Shown: positions 43,871-55,690 of the stretch, in pieces
Layout of the letters: the number at the start of each line of letters is the position of its first letter
How positions within the stretch are numbered: the first letter of the stretch is position 1
Source: an uncultured delta proteobacterium
Lineage (GTDB): Bacteria; Desulfobacterota; Syntrophia; Syntrophales; UBA5619
Length of the DNA: 64,000 bases
Assembly (NCBI GenBank): GCA_963817385.1
Contig: CAWFOM010000028.1
Coordinates: forward strand, 1 to 64,000
Reading direction: 5' to 3'
Made by a program: the position numbers and the translations under genes
Notes under the pieces: generated by a model
What the model was told of the DNA's origin: nothing
Database searches by the model: none
What the model saw: the letters and a program-made list of their open reading frames with translations, nothing else

Positions 43871-43910
43871 AACCGGCCGAACGTGTTTCATACCGTTCGG
43901 CCGGTTTTTT
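43871..43910 (+). terminator. Intrinsic terminator
   Basis: AACCGGCCGAACG...CGTTCGGCCGGTT followed by a T run. Confidence 0.75.
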
Positions 43911-43969
43911 GCGACTTTTTCAACATGCGGTCAGGGCGGTTTTTGACCGCTCTTTCCACGAAGCAGCAA

Positions 43970-44755
43970 TCATTTGATCAGGCGTTTGCGCATCTTGCGG
44001 ATCGCGAGCGGAAAGGCAGCCGCGGCGAAGGCGGCCAGGTAGGCCGTTCCCGCAAGGAGCGAGGCGTCGATGCGGCCGCAGCTGAAGGCCCGGGAGAGAT
44101 CGACCAGGTGGGTGAGCGGCATGAGCGCTGCCGTCCGTTGCGCCCAGCCGGGGAGGTTCTCGAGGGGGAAGAAGGTCCCGCCGAAGAGGAACATCGGCGT
44201 GACGAAGAGAAAGACCGGCAGGTTGAACAGTTCGATGTTCGGCACGAGCGCCGTGCAGACCATCCCCGCCGCGCCGAAGGCGAGGCCCCCGAGGAAGGCC
44301 AGCGGCAGCAGGAGCAGCCCCTCCGGGTAGCGGATGAGGCCGAAGCAGCTGATCACGACCATCATGATCGCCGTTGCGATCAGGGCCTTGGTCGCCCCCC
44401 AGATGATCTCGCCGGTGATGATCTCCTCCACGGTGAGCGGCGTCGCCATCATCGCGTCGAAGGTCTTCTGGTAGTACATCCGGACGAAGGAATTGTAGGT
44501 GTTTTCGAAGAAGGCGCTGTTCATGACGGTGATCGCGATGAGCGCCGGGGCGATGAACGCGACGTAGGAGATCTCCTGCCCCTGATACGCGGATGTTTCC
44601 CACCAGCCGCTCAGGCCGAGGCCGAAGGCCAGGATGTAGAAGAGGGGCTCCAGCAGCGGCGGGATGAAGCTGATCTTCCAGCTCTGCCGGTAGACGGTCA
44701 GGTTCCGCTGCCAGACCCGGATAAACCGGCGGGAGATCGGCGGATAGAGTTTCAT
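43970..44755 (-). CDS. ABC-2 permease (NodJ-like)
   Basis: VWQRN, LLEPLFY, YQKTFDA, FGGTFFP, PLTH. Confidence 0.88.
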   Translation of the reverse strand: MKLYPPISRRFIRVWQRNLTVYRQSWKISFIPPLLEPLFYILAFGLGLSGWWETSAYQGQEISYVAFIAPALIAITVMNSAFFENTYNSFVRMYYQKTFDAMMATPLTVEEIITGEIIWGATKALIATAIMMVVISCFGLIRYPEGLLLLPLAFLGGLAFGAAGMVCTALVPNIELFNLPVFLFVTPMFLFGGTFFPLENLPGWAQRTAALMPLTHLVDLSRAFSCGRIDASLLAGTAYLAAFAAAAFPLAIRKMRKRLIK

Positions 44756-45663
44756 TCTCGCAGGTCCCTTCCCGTCAGGCGGAGGAACACATCCTCCAGC
44801 GTCGCCATCCGCATGATGCACCCTCCGGCGCAGAAGCGATCGCTGATCTCCCGGTAGAGGGCGCTTCCGTCCTCCACGGAGACGATCAGCCGGTGGCCGA
44901 AGTTCTCGAACTGCACCCCCCTTTCGCGGAGAAAGTCGGTCAGGCCGTCGGCGGGATCCGCCACCTCGATCACATGGCGGCCGACGTGGCGGCGGACCAG
45001 TTCGGCCGGTTTCCCCTCGACGAGAAGGCGCCCCCCGTCCACGATGATCAGCCGGTCGCAGAGGCGGGAGGCCTCGTCCATGTTGTGGGTCGTGAGCAGG
45101 ATGGAAAGCCCGTCCGCCCGGAGCTCCTCCAGGCGCTCCCAGACCTGATGGCGCGACTGGGGGTCGAGGCCGGTCGTCGGTTCGTCGAGGATCAGGAGCT
45201 CCGGCCGGTTGAGGAGCGCGCGGGCCATGACGAGACGCCGGATCATCCCGCCGGAGAGGTCGACCGTCCGGGCATCTCCCCGGTGGTCGAGGGCCATGAA
45301 TTGCAGGAGCTCGCCGGCACGGCGCGTCGCCTCGGCCGCGGGGATGTTGAAGTAGCGGGCGAAGACGTCGAGGTTCTGGAAGACGGTCAGGTCCGGATCG
45401 ATGTTGTTCTCCTGCTGGCAGACGCCGATCCGGGACTTCACGGCGCGCGTCTCCCGGGTGATGTCGAGGCCGAAGACCCTGAGCGTTCCCGCCGTGGGCG
45501 GGGAGAAGGCGTAGACCATCCGGATCGTGGAGGTCTTTCCCGCCCCGTTGGGACCGAGGATTCCGAAGCACTCGCCGGCGGCGACCGAAAAGGAGAGGTC
45601 GTCGACGGCGACGAGCTCTCCGAAGGTCTTGCGGAGATGCTCCGCTTCGATGACCGCGTTCAC
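44752..45663 (-). CDS. ABC-2 ATP-binding protein (NodI-like)
   Basis: GPNGAGKT, LSGGM, LDEPTTGLDPQSRH, TLEDVFLRLTGR. Confidence 0.9.
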   Translation of the reverse strand: MNAVIEAEHLRKTFGELVAVDDLSFSVAAGECFGILGPNGAGKTSTIRMVYAFSPPTAGTLRVFGLDITRETRAVKSRIGVCQQENNIDPDLTVFQNLDVFARYFNIPAAEATRRAGELLQFMALDHRGDARTVDLSGGMIRRLVMARALLNRPELLILDEPTTGLDPQSRHQVWERLEELRADGLSILLTTHNMDEASRLCDRLIIVDGGRLLVEGKPAELVRRHVGRHVIEVADPADGLTDFLRERGVQFENFGHRLIVSVEDGSALYREISDRFCAGGCIMRMATLEDVFLRLTGRDLRE

Positions 45664-47098
45664 CGGGCCTCCGCCTTCCGTTTGCGAGATAGGGGATCGC
45701 GTAGGGCCCTTCCCGGATGAAGGCGACCGAGGGTTCGATCCCCTTCTTCCGGTAATCGGCCACGGCGAAACGGAGGGCGTTTTCGACCATCTCCCGGACC
45801 GCCCGGGCGGGGCGGTGCTCCGTTTCCGCGTCCAGAAAGTCGAGGCCGCAGCGGCCCGGGATCAGGCAGTACTCCTCCCGCGGGATCGTGTGCGTGCAGT
45901 AGACGAAATCCTTGTCGTCGATCTTCCGGAAGACCTTTGCCCACATCTCCGGCTCCCACTGGTCCTTGGTGAAGCGCCAGCCGGGCGCCTCGATCATCTG
46001 CAGGTAGTGGTCCTCCCCCTGGATCTTGAGCATGTGGAGGAGGCTCCGGTATTCCGGCCCGCCGATCGGCTCCTCGTCGCGGTTGTCGGTGGCGACGATC
46101 AGGATTCCCCCTTTGCGGATCGCCGGGAGGGCGTTGTGGGCGGCCTTCACCGCCTGGTAGTGGTTCCGGCCGACATAGCCGCCGTGGGTGAGGATGATGT
46201 CGTACTCCCGCTCCACCGGGACGGAGACGTAGTCCCGGACGAGGTCGCCGCCGCCTCGTGGGCCGCCTCGAGATCCCCGGCGAAGACGCCGGTCAGGCGC
46301 ATGTCCCGGTCGAGGGTCGCGTTCACGATGAAATCGACGCCCACCGTCCGGGCGATCGCGAGGGACTCCTCGTGGCAGGGGTTCCCCTCGAGGATCAGGT
46401 TCTGCGCCAGCGGGGATTCGAGAAAGGCGGGGCTGTGGAACTTCTCGATGGTTCGCTTGTCGACGAGGCCCGGGCAGATCGCCTTCCGCCCGCCGGAGAG
46501 CCCCGCCATGAAGTGGCTCTCGACGAGGCCCGTGGCGATCCGGAGATCGGCCCGGTAGAAGGCGCTGTTCACGAAGACATCGCCGCCGGTCGCGCTCTTG
46601 CCGATGAAGGTGAGCGATGCGAGGTCCTCGCAGTCGTGGTCGATCACCGGGTAGTCCCGGAGGATCTCCTCGCCGAACATCTCGACCCGCTCCGCCGGGG
46701 TGCTCGGCCGGTGCATCCCGTTGCCGATGACGATCGTGATGTTTCCGGGGAGATCCCCGCCGCCTCCAGGCGGTTCAGGAGCGGCCGGAGGAGGCCGTTT
46801 TCCCCGCGGTAGGGGACGGGTCGGGTGATGTCGGAGACGGTCACCGCGGCGGTGAGTTCCGCCGCCGGTTTCCCCTTGGTCCGGATGATCTCCGCAAGCG
46901 GCGGGCAACCGATCGGATGCGAGAGGGCCTCCTCGAAGGCGGCCCGCGGGATCGGAAAGGATCGGGATCTCCTTCATCGCAGGATGTCGCAGTTCGGAGG
47001 GACGCGGACAAGCCGGATCTCCCGGCCGTATTCGACGGGGATCTCTTTCCAGTCTGTGGTGTCGGTTTCCTGGAGCGACGGCGTGTATCGGGATGCAT
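45660..47098 (-). CDS. larA: Nickel-pincer-dependent lactate racemase family protein (frameshifted)
   Basis: VSDITRP, GNGMHR, HFMAGLSGGRK..PG, GNPCH, YQAVK, DQW. Confidence 0.85.
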
Positions 47099-47337
47099 GG
47101 CAGTCTCCTCTTCCCGGATCAGGTGCCGAAGAATCTACCCGGAAGGGAGGAGCCTGTCAAGGCCGAAGTGTCGCTCGAACGCCTGCGCAAGTGGCCGTTG
47201 CAATTCGAGGTGTTCGGTAGTGCATCTTCAGCTTTGCGGTGAATGTGGACTTTTGAGCAGGAGCTGTCAATCAGCCGTTGCAATTCCCGGATTGTTGCGA
47301 TATGAACGCAGTGCAGCTATTCCATTATGAGGCGACT

Positions 47338-48954
47338 ATGAAAGTAAGATTTATGGGTGCGGCAAGGACGGTGACCGGCTCCTGTTACATCCTGGAGGCC
47401 GGCCGGCCATCGGTTTGCGATCGACTGCGGGATGCATCAGGGCAACGCGGAGATCGACAAGCGCAACTGGGACGTCGAGATCTACGATCCCCACGGGATC
47501 GAATTCATGCTGATGACGCACGCCCACATGGACCATTCCGGGCTCCTCCCCCGTCTCGTCCAGAAGGGGTTCCACGGCAAGGTCTACATGACCCCGCCGA
47601 CCGAGGATCTCCTCCGGATCATGCTCCTCGACAGCGCCCACATCCAGGAGATGGAGGCGCAGTGGAAGAGCCGCAAGCGGCTCCGCCACGGGGATGCGGA
47701 CGACGTCATCCCCCTCTATACGCAGAAGGACGCGATGGCCACCTTTCCCCTCTTTTCGACCGTGACCTACGGCGAGACCTTCTCGCCGTTCCCCGGGCTC
47801 ACCGTGACCTTCCGGGACGCGGGCCACATCCTCGGCGCGGCGATGGTGGAGCTCGCCGTCACGGAGGACGGGCAAGACGAGCCGGGTCGTCTTCTCCGGC
47901 GACATCGGCCGGCCGGCGCAGCTCCTGATGCAGGATCCGACGGTGATCGACGAGGCCGATTTCCTCTTCATGGAGTCGACCTACGGGAACCGGAACCACA
48001 AGGACGAGACAGGACAGCCTGAACGAACTCGCCGAGGCGATCGCCTACAGCTACGCCCGGGGCGAAAAGGTGATCATCCCCGCCTTCGCCGTGGAGCGGA
48101 CCCAGGAGATGATCTATTCCCTCCACCTGCTTGGCGAAGGACGGCCGCCTGCCCGCGGACATGCCCGTCTTCGTGGACAGCCCGCTCGCCATCCAGGCGA
48201 CGGAGATCTTCCGGAAATACCGGGATTATATGGATGCGGAGACGAAGCGCCTCCTCGCCGAACGGCGAGGATCCCCTGACGCTTCCCCAGCTCCGCTACA
48301 CCCTCTCGACGCAGGAGTCGATGGAGATCAACAACGTCCAGCGGACCGGCGGTCGTCATCTCCGCGAGCGGCATGGCCGATGCCGGGCCGGATCAAGCAC
48401 CACCTCCGCCACAACCTCTGGCGCGAGGGGGCGAGCGTCGTCTTCGTCGGCTTTCAGGCGCAGGGGACGACGGGCCGGAAGATCGTCGACGGCGCAAAGA
48501 AGGTCCGCATCTTCAACGAGGAGGTTGCCGTCCGGGCGAAGATCTTCACGATCAACGGCTTCTCCGCCCACGCGGGGCAGAGCCAGCTTCTCGACTGGCT
48601 CGGCCACTTCAAGACAGAAGGGATGCGGCTCTTCCTGATCCACGGCGAGTACACCGCCCAGCAGGAGCTGGCCGGACTCATCCGGAGCCGCTTCGGTATC
48701 GAGGTCTCGATTCCCGACTATCTCGAAGAGGTCACGCTGGCGCCGGGCCGCGAACTTGCGCGCGTGGCGTATCCCGAGAAGGCGGCGCCGCGGATCGACT
48801 GGGGTTTCCTCATCGCCGACATGGAGACGAGACTCGCCCAGCTCAAGGAGCGCCGGGACCGGTGGAGGCGAAGGCCTGGGTGGAGCAGACCGAGCTCCGC
48901 GACCGTCTGCTCGAGGTGAACCGGAGCATGGCCGGGATCATCTCGGAGATCTGA
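47338..48954 (+). CDS. Beta-CASP metallo-beta-lactamase ribonuclease (frameshifted)
   Basis: VTGSC, THAHMDHSG, AGHILG, SGDIG, MESTYG, FSAHA, IHGE. Confidence 0.9.
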
Positions 48955-48959
48955 CCTGT

Positions 48960-50081
<1,122 letters not shown>

Positions 50082-50217
50082 CATCGCCCCCGTAGGACCT
50101 GCAAGGGCGTCGCCTCTTTCCACGGGGGCGGAAGAACAGCCGCCGGCCGGGTCGGATCACGGTTGCTTGCAGGCGGGCGGTGGGAAGAACGATCCGCCGG
50201 ATATGAAAGGACAATCC

Positions 50218-50311
50218 GGAGAGATACCGAAGTGGTCGTAACGGGATCGACTCGAAATCGATTTGGGGGCCAAAAGCCCTCACGGGGGTTCGAATCCCCC
50301 TCTCTCCGCCA
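50218..50311 (+). tRNA. tRNA-Ser(CGA), CCA encoded
   Basis: GGAGAGA/TCTCTCC acceptor stem, ATCGA-CTCGAAA-TCGAT anticodon arm, long variable arm, GTTCGAATCC. Confidence 0.95.
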
Positions 50312-50389
50312 GATGGGACAGGGCGTTCGGCAGCGGCCGAACGCCCTTCTTGCTCAGATCCGGAGCGTGAACGCGCCGGTTGGCCCTGC

Positions 50390-53078
50390 CTACCCGACCA
50401 GGGAGAGACTGACCCGCACGAGATCGTCGGAGACGCGCTGCGGGTCATGCCCAGCTTCTCGCACAGCGCGGTCATCCGGCCGTTCGTCGGTTCCAGAAAT
50501 CCGTAGAATTCCTTGCAGGCCCCGCTCCGCGGCGATCCCGATGAGGACATCCAGGAGCTTGGAGGCCAGTCCCCGTCCCTGGAACTCGTCGTGAACGATG
50601 ACGGCAAATTCCCCCGGCGCCGCCGCCGTTGGCGTCGATGGTCGAGGCTTCCGATGCCGATGAGGCGTTTTTTCTGATCCTGCCGGATCTCGGCCACGAT
50701 CGCCATATCCCGGTCATAGTCGATGTGGCAGGAGCGCACATGCATGGCGTGGCTGATCTGCTTGAGGCTCTGGTAGAACCGGGAGCGGATGGTCGCCTCC
50801 GAGACGGTGGTGAGCATCTCGTGCTCCAGGGGCTCGTCCTCGGGGCGGATCGGCCGGAGGATCACCTCGGTCCCGTCGGACAGGCGCCAGGGCGTCACGT
50901 ACCGCGTCGGATAGGGGGTGATGACCAGGTGGGGATAGGCGGAGGCCTTTCCGGTGAAGCACGTCCTGATCCAGGATGATCCGGGCGTCCAGCGCGATGG
51001 CCTTTCCCTGGCTGACGGCGATGGGGTTGATGTCCATCTCCCGGATCTCGGGAAAATCGATGATCATGTTGGAGAAACCCACCAGGATCTGTTCGATCTG
51101 GCGCAGATCGGCGGCGGGCTTTCCCCGATAGCCCTGGAGCATGCGGTAGACGTTCGTCTCCTCCATGAGCCGCCGGGCCAGGGTCTGGTTCAGGGGCGGC
51201 AGGCCGACGGAGAAATCCCGGAACAGCTCCACGCCGATCCCCCCCATGCCGAAGAGGATGACGGCGCCGAAGTGGCGGTCCTTCTTCGCCCCCAGGATCA
51301 GTTCGTAGTCGATGTGCTCGACCATCTTCTGGACGGTGACGCCCCGGACCGTCGCCTGCGGGGCGAACTGGCGGACCCCGTCGAGGATGCGCTGGTAGGC
51401 GGTCTTGAGCGCCTCGTCGGAATCGATCCCCGTGATGACGCCTCCCACGTCCTGGCGGAAGATGATGTCGGGAGAGGCGACCTTGAGGACCACGGGATAG
51501 CCGATCTAGCCGGCGTGGGAGAGGGCGTCCTCCAGGGTGAAGGCCATCCGGGAAGGGATGACGGGGATTCCGTAGTTCCGGAGGAACTTCCAGGAGTCCT
51601 CCTCCGTGAGGATGAAGCAGGACTCCCGGCAGGAGCGCCGGATCAGGGCCTTGAGATGGTTCTTCGGCGGCGCCTCGTCCAGGGGGAGTTCCGCCGGCGT
51701 CTCGTGGAGGAGCTGGAGGTTCCGCTCGTACTGGGTCATGTAGATGTAGGTGCGGACGGCGGCCTCCGCCGTCTCGTAGGCGGGGATGCCCTTCTCGACC
51801 ATCAGTTTCGCGCCCCTTCTGGACCTCCCGTCCCCCCATCCAGGCCGTCAGCAGGGGCTTGTCCGTCTTCTGCCGCCGCGTCGATGAGGGCCTGCCGCCA
51901 GTTCCTCGGAGCGGGCGAAGTCCTGGGGGGTGTAGATGACCAGAAGCCCGTCCACCCCGGGATCCTTCAGGCAGATGTCCGCCGCCTCCGCGTACCGGCG
52001 GAGTATCGGCGTCGCGGAGCAGATGGATGGGATTTCCCCGGTTCCAGTAGGGAGGGATGAGGGCGTCCAGCGCCCGGATGGTCTCGGTCGGAGAGGTTCG
52101 CCAGCTTGCCCCCGGAGCGCAGCAGGTGTTTGGTGGCCATGATCCCGATGCCGTCGGCGTTTGTCATGATGGCCAGACGCGGTCCCCTGGGGCGGTTGCG
52201 GGCGTACAGGACGCTGGCGGCGTTGAAGAGGTCCTGCGCCTCGCGGACCCGGACGACGCCCAGGCGGCGGAAGAGGGCGTCGTAGACCTTTTCCGGGCCG
52301 GCCATCATGCCCGTGTGGGTCAGGCCGGCGCGGTCGCCATCCTCCATGGACCGGGGGTTTGAGCAGGATGACGGGCTTGTTGCGGGCGAAGCCGCGGACG
52401 GCGCTGACGAAACGCTTCACGTTGCCGACGACCTCCTCCATGTAGAGGATGATGCTCTTCGTGTGGGGGTCGTCGCCGAGGAAGTCGATGACGTCTCCGA
52501 AATCGACGTCGATGGCCGAACCCAGGGAGACGACCATGCTGAAACCGATGTGGGCGCTGATTCCCCAGTCGAACAGGGTCCGGCCGAAGCTCCCCATGTC
52601 GGAGATGAAGGCGATGTTTCCCGCTTCCGGGTTCTCCCGGAGGAAGGTGGCGTTGAGGCCGACGGAGGGCCGCATGATCCCCAGGCAGTTGGGGCCGACG
52701 ATCCGCATGCCGTAGGCCTTGTTGATCCGGAGGATCTCCTCCTCCAGGCGTCTTCCCCTCCTCGCCCGTTTCCCGGAAACCGGCGGAGATGATGATGATC
52801 CCTTCTACGCCGGCCCGGCCGCAGGCGTCGACGATCGCCGGGACGGTGGCGGCGGGGGTCGCGATGATGGCCAGATCGACCGGTCCGGGTACCGTGTCGA
52901 TTCCGGTCCAGCAGGGGTGTCCCAGGACTGTTTCCCGGTTCGGATTGACGGGATAGACCGTACGGTCGCCGGAGGCCAGCGCGTTTTCCAGGATGGTCCG
53001 TCCGAAGGTCCCCTCCTGCTCGGTCGCGCCGATGACGGCGATCGTCTTCGGATTGAAGAGCTTCTGCAGATCACCCAT
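50390..53078 (-). CDS. Acetate-CoA ligase (ADP-forming)-like/GNAT fusion (Pat/PatZ-type lysine acetyltransferase; frameshifted)
   Basis: IAVIGAT, RIVGPNCLG, NPIHL, VLKV, DINP, IRPIRPEDEP, IDYDRDMA. Confidence 0.88.
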
Positions 53079-53325
53079 GCGGTTCCCCCTTTTGAATCCA
53101 CATCGCAGGGTAAGCGGGCCAATTCCGGAAGGTCTCTTCCTTGCGGATCGGAGCATCTCCCGAGCGTTCTGTGGAGAGTTTCCATTCCTCACTGCACCCG
53201 CGAATACGAAAGAGGCGCCGGCAGGCTCCGGCATTAACCCAAGGCGAGCCCATACTAGCGTCCAGTATACGGAAATGCAATTATTTTTTGGGTGGGGCGG
53301 TTCAAAGGCCGAGGCGCCCGCTCAG

Positions 53326-54007
53326 TCATGGCATACGCTTCTTCAGGGACTCGAGATCGAGAATGCGGATGGAGTTGCGCAATGTCGATACGACGCCTTT
53401 ATTCCGGAGAATCTTCAATTCCTTGTTGATGCTTTCTCGGGAAACGCCGAGGATGTTTCCGAACTCCTGTTGGGATATTTGAGGTTGTATTCATTGGGAT
53501 TGTTCTCGAAGGGTGCCTGCTGTTCGGCCAGTTCGACGAGTCTTCTGTGCCAGCCGGGCGGATAAATTCAGGAAGCACATTTCTGCCAAGTTGATCGTCC
53601 GTCTTGCGCAACCTCAGGGAGAGGGAGGTGAGTATGGCGTAGACGGTGTGTCCGTTGTTGCTTAAGAAGGAAAGAAAATCCTTGCGGTTGAGAACGTAGA
53701 GTAGCGAATCCTCCAGCGCTATTGCATCGGCTGAACGGGGCAGATCGTCCAGCAGGGCCATTTCCCCCAGAAATTCACCTTGACCGAGAATCGCCAGCGT
53801 CACGTTATCCATCCGTCTTGATAGCGAAATTTTTATCCGCCCCTGCGCGATGATGTACAGTGCCGTTCCTTCATCGCCCTGCTGGAAGAGGAGTTCCCCT
53901 TTCCCGAGCTGTTTCCGCCTCAGCAGACTCGTCAGGTTCTGCAGGTCCGCCTCCGAAAGCGATGCAAATAAGGGAATCTTTTTCAGGACATACATCGGTG
54001 TAAGCAA
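53326..54007 (-). CDS. Crp/Fnr family transcriptional regulator (frameshifts in the 3' half)
   Basis: cNMP domain GEMAL..LPRSA; HTH LGVSRESINK; AGGAGG RBS before the TTG start. Confidence 0.9.
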
Positions 54008-54021
54008 GGGAACCCTCCTTC

Positions 54022-54061
54022 CGTGATCGATATCACACAGGAAATGTGAATTAATTCACAT
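54022..54061. promoter_or_regulatory. Two tandem CRP-type boxes
   Basis: CGTGA-N6-TCACA (54022-54037) and TGTGA-N6-TCACA within the perfect palindrome ATGTGAATTAATTCACAT (54044-54061). Confidence 0.8.
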
Positions 54062-54079
54062 AGATTAGTCCATTTCTTC

Positions 54080-54108
54080 TTGACGGAACCATAACCCGTC
54101 TTTATCTT
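54080..54108 (+). promoter_or_regulatory. Sigma70 promoter divergent from the crp-like gene
   Basis: TTGACG-17 nt-TATCTT. Confidence 0.55.
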
Positions 54109-54173
54109 GGAGGCAAGAGAATTTACCATGGTTGCCGATACCGCTTGTTTTCAACCATGATAGCACAGAGTTC

Positions 54174-54260
54174 GTGAAAAGGGCAAACCACTACAACAGT
54201 ATGGGGCGCAAAGCCGTTGACCTGAGTCCCGTTCCCCCTCTTTTTCAATCCGTCAGCGAC
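54174..54260 (+). ncRNA. Candidate c-di-GMP-I (GEMM-I) riboswitch; 3' boundary unresolved
   Basis: GAAAAGGGCAAACCA...TGGGGCGCAAAGCC...ACCT matches the GGCAAACC/GGGRCGCAAAGCC core; the loop is not a GNRA tetraloop and the closing strand is unclear. Confidence 0.45.
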
Positions 54261-54825
54261 CTGACCTCCCCGCGGCAAGAGGAAAGGTGGCGTCAGAAAT
54301 GGCAATAGAGCACGCCCTCTCGGGTGGAATGGCTGGAACGCATCGACGCCTGTTTGAACTTTTCAACTACCCCGGAGGATCAGTATCCGGCAGTTGCGTA
54401 AAAAATTATTAAACTTTTGACCGGGTTTTGACGATATAGGTTGTAAATAGAGGGGACATTCACCGCAATCAGCCGTTTATCAGCGAATTTGCCGATATCG
54501 GAACGGATCGAATGGAAGTTTCATACGGGGCGATCTGAGCGTTTTATGCAACCAGATCAGACCGGTACAGGTGAATGCTGATTGAGTGGTCGCGTCAATG
54601 CATAACCGAATTCATGAACTGAGGTGTTCAGGGATAATTACGTGTTTATATCGCACTCCGGTGCTTGCGTGGCTGGATTGGCGCTCAGAGCCGGTTGCAG
54701 GGAGCTGAGATAATCTAAAGGGTCTGACAAAACCGTATTGACGGTACCGGCTCGCGCAGCATGGGATAAGCCGCTATTTCTACATGAACAGGCGAGTGTG
54801 ACAACGATATAACAGAGGAGGAAGT

Positions 54826-55650
54826 ATGGAGAAGATTTGCCTTGTCAAGCTGAGGAAGAAGATCATCAACCCCGTCCGCTCCCAGGGAGAGCAAGGGGTC
54901 ATGAGTCAAGAAAGGGTACAGGTGATACCTCAGCAATTTACTTCCTCTTTCACCAACAATGACATCATAAACAAGGCAGTTTCTCATCGACAGGGAAGAG
55001 ATGAGGAGTTAACACGGCAATTCATCTCTTCCTTTGTCGAGCATGACATCATGAGCAAAGCGGTTTCCGGGAGCCCGGGAGGAGATGAGGGATTAACACA
55101 CCAATTTGTTTCTTCTTTTGCCAAGAATGACATCATAAACGGCGCAGCGTCCGAAAGTCAGGAAAGGGAACGGGGAGGAGCACGGCAATTCATCGCTCCC
55201 TGCGCCGACAACGACATTATGCCTCACAACAAAATTACTCAGAATATCACTCCCGATGCCGATAAAAGAACGGTTCCCGGGGAGACCGTTTCCTTGACGC
55301 TCACCCAGGAACAAATCAAAACCATCAGATCGAGTTCGGGTTTGCAGTCGGTTTTCAATGGGGAGCTTGCCGGCGGACAGGCGGAGCTCAATTACCGAGA
55401 TCAACCGATTACCATCAAATTCGAATGTGAACCGCTGGCACCTGTCCGCCTGCTCATGACGGAAGAGGTGACGCAGATGCTGAGAATCAGCAGCGGGTTT
55501 CTCAAAACGATCGTAAGGGATGGGAAATTGAAGAGCTACAAGGTCGGCAAAGGGAGGCGCTATATGCTCGAAGATATTCTTGCGTATCTTGCGGAAAACC
55601 TGAATTCCCATGGTTCGCAGCAGGAGACGTTACGAGCTGAAACACTCTAA
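54826..55650 (+). CDS. Excisionase-type HTH (HTH_17-like) protein with N-terminal 28-aa tandem repeats
   Basis: C-terminal LLMTEEVTQMLRIS....VRDGKLKSYKVG..RR...DI..YL; GAGGAGG RBS. Confidence 0.75.
   Translation: MEKICLVKLRKKIINPVRSQGEQGVMSQERVQVIPQQFTSSFTNNDIINKAVSHRQGRDEELTRQFISSFVEHDIMSKAVSGSPGGDEGLTHQFVSSFAKNDIINGAASESQERERGGARQFIAPCADNDIMPHNKITQNITPDADKRTVPGETVSLTLTQEQIKTIRSSSGLQSVFNGELAGGQAELNYRDQPITIKFECEPLAPVRLLMTEEVTQMLRISSGFLKTIVRDGKLKSYKVGKGRRYMLEDILAYLAENLNSHGSQQETLRAETL
54931..55221 (+). repeat. About 3.5 degenerate 84-bp coding repeats
   Basis: Units start at 54931, 55015, 55099 and 55183; consensus xQFxSSFxxNDIxxKAVS. Confidence 0.85.
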
Positions 55651-55690
55651 GTTAAATGATAACATATACTTACGAAAGGGGCAGAAAGCT

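Noticed and set aside
43970..46216. LarA-permease fusion (748-aa ORF)
   Set aside because: It runs through the ABC ATPase in the wrong frame, which is a frameshift artefact
50218..50311. tRNA-Sec, or an integration site at this tRNA
   Set aside because: The anticodon is CGA (Ser), and no integrase or duplicated 3' end is seen nearby
54931..55221. 84-bp periodic repeats as a CRISPR array
   Set aside because: The repeats are degenerate along the whole unit, stay in frame within an ORF, and no cas genes are present
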